Of a stretch of 33,609 nt of DNA, positions 31,571-33,609 are shown piece by piece. Made by a program: the position numbers and the translations under genes. This DNA comes from Hyphochytrium catenoides (taxonomy: Eukaryota > Protista > Hyphochytriomycota): assembly GCA_900088475.1 (NCBI GenBank), contig FLMG01001812.1, positions 1 to 33,609 of the forward strand, given 5' to 3'. Under the pieces are notes generated by a model, which searched no databases, had not been told where the DNA came from, and worked only from the letters and a program-made list of their open reading frames with translations. Position 1 is the stretch's first letter. Each line of letters opens with the position of its first letter.

Positions 31571-31869
31571 CCTCCTTTCGCTGACAATACCTTGTTTGTC
31601 CTTCCTCACCCTTCTTTTTTTTCTCTCTCCCCCAATCTGTGTCTGCCCACATCTCTTGTACCTTCCCACTAGCTCCACGGGAGGTCAATTTTAGCTAAAT
31701 GTGCACTCGTCAAGGACATATATATATTCCTACCAACCCCTTCTCCATAGTCAGTGCAGCCCTCCTTTCTCTGACAATACCTTGTCCTTCCTCACCCACT
31801 TTTTTTCCTTTTCTCCCTTATCTGTGACTGCCCAACCACATCTCTACCTTTCCCTAGATCCACCCGAGG
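31571..31869. repeat. Diverged ~110-bp direct duplication (period ~190)
   Basis: 31571-31684 and 31761-31869 share cctcctttc.ctgacaataccttgt...ccttcctcaccc...atctgtg.ctgccca..cacatctct..acctt.cc.ctag.tccac..gagg. Confidence 0.8.
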
Positions 31870-32103
31870 CCTATCATCCCAGCTATTGCCGCTGCTGCGG
31901 ACAAGAGGTGACGCTTTTGTGCTACGGAACACTGACTCTGCAATGACCAGTGTCACCTTTGTGGGTCATATCAAGCCCGCTGCTTAATCCTCACTCTGAC
32001 TCTGCTCCGAACCCCACCAAACATACCTTCAACGAATAATCTGCATTAAAGACTTCGAATGCCTGACTTCTCCCAATCTGTTCCTTTCCCTTTCTTCTTG
32101 GTG

Positions 32104-32286
32104 GAATATCCAGGGAGGGATATTAGGTTTTCCTGGCGCGGGTGGAGGATGGGGCTGACCTCCTACGTCACTTTCAGATTTTCTCGGTCAGCCTCAGCCT
32201 CTGCCGCCTGCTCAAATCTAGACACGGCGGCAACGGATAGAAGAAGCAAAGCTGACTAGACCTATGCGCTGCCGCAGAACTGATCA
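32104..32286 (+). repeat. Dispersed repeat X, copy 6
   Basis: gaatatccagggaggg...ttttcctggcgcgggtggaggatggggctgacctcc...ctcggtcagcctcagcctctgccgcctgc...ctagacacggcggcaacggat...gactagacctatgcgctgccgcagaac. Confidence 0.85.
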
Positions 32287-32309
32287 GCATGTTCTCTCTC
32301 CTTCTAACT

Positions 32310-32372
32310 GCCTTTCTTCTTTTTCTCTTCTCTTCTCTTTTCTCTCTCTCTCTCTCGCGCGCGCTTTCTCTC
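32310..32372. repeat. CT-rich low-complexity / (CT)n microsatellite
   Basis: Polypyrimidine tract ending in (TC)n. Confidence 0.8.
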
Positions 32373-33609
32373 ACTCCACGGTATCACCTTTGGAATAACC
32401 AGGATGTTTGGCCAGAAGAGGTTATGGAGCGAGAGACTTGCTTGAAGATGAGGCATCGGTGGTAGGTTAGAAGAAGCGGGCTATACTACCTATTTAAACC
32501 CCTTCCGATTAGCCAGCGGTGCTGACAGACAGAACATGCCGGAGCCTGGTTACTACTGGGATACATGGAAAGAAGCGGGCTTGACTTTCATGAATTGATG
32601 ATAATATCCTAATTCCAGCTTTGGCCATTGATGAGGAACATTTCTTCACTGAGACGAGGTACTATCGGCCGCAATACATCTGCACAAACCAAACAACGGA
32701 CTCCCACTGTGCTGAGAGAATGCGACGTCAATCAACATGCAACGACTGCAGAGGTACTGCCAGTAGAGTCACCTTAAAGCTGGGTAACGAACGAAGAGCG
32801 GACTTTAACAGGATGGATATCGGCGGAGATGTTATTTCTGAGGGAGGACCTATGGTGTTATATATCACATGAGGCCCTACCACTCTTGTCAAGGGAGATG
32901 CAGCAAAATGGAAGATTGAGAACTTTGAAAGATAAGAACGACTTTACCACCCTAGCTGCTTCTCTTCTTGTGCTCGGGTAGACTTGGAAATAGAGTAAGG
33001 AGAAAGAGGCATGTGACGAAGCTACTGCCAGTACGCACCGGATTAGTGGTATTTAGTCCCAAGCACGTTTTACAGCGTCATACTGAGCTTTCAAAATAAA
33101 TCCTACATCAGATCCCGAAGGCTCAGTATGACGCTGTAAAAGCTTCTCATACCCAAGCAAGACTAGCCCTTCGACATGCCCCAGGTGAAAGGAGTTTTTT
33201 GAGGTCATCTCCTGGATGCTGGAGATGAGAAGTGGTCGAGATGGACAGAAATGAAGAACAAGATGACATAAAGAATACGAGCAAGCAGACAATCGGTAGA
33301 AGCGGAAGTGGAGAGAAGCAGAAGAAAGAGAAGATGAAGGTGACGAAGAGGAGTCCAGGAAGGGGGAAGACGACGGAGATCAGGAGGATGAGCCCGTGGA
33401 AGAAATGAGCGATGAGCGGGTTTGGGGTTAGGGTTAGGTCAGTCCTCCTCCGTCAATAACACCTTGTTATTCAATGCCAAGAATGGCTCACACGGCTACA
33501 GCTGCACTGCTTCAATGCTATATTATTATCTCGTCACACGAAGAAACTAGGAACAGATTAGCTCCTAGACGGAATCCACAGGACCCAAGGACCAAGACGG
33601 CCTAAGACA

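Overview
Eukaryotic, repeat-rich genomic window with GT-AG introns and short TTAGGG tracts; the host cannot be assigned from the sequence alone. The main feature is a young ~4.04 kb DIRS-order retroelement (8625-12667) with split direct repeats (A1...B1-A2...B2, PAT-like). It carries an uninterrupted RT-RNaseH-methyltransferase ORF, but I can recognise no tyrosine recombinase (YR) or intact gag in it. A separate, decayed YR-bearing family is scattered across the window, defined by a ~180-bp 5' segment (X, 6 copies), YR fragments (2) and a ~55-bp 3' motif (Y, 3 copies). One X...YR...Y interval brackets a ~1.7 kb satellite of ~30 hairpin-containing ~52-bp units with dimeric higher-order structure. 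Host-type genes are a 3-exon HSL-family alpha/beta hydrolase, a 3-exon 7TM-RGS protein with an in-frame stop-free intron, an ~890-aa unrecognised multi-pass membrane protein, and a disrupted gene with a C-terminal H2A-like histone fold.
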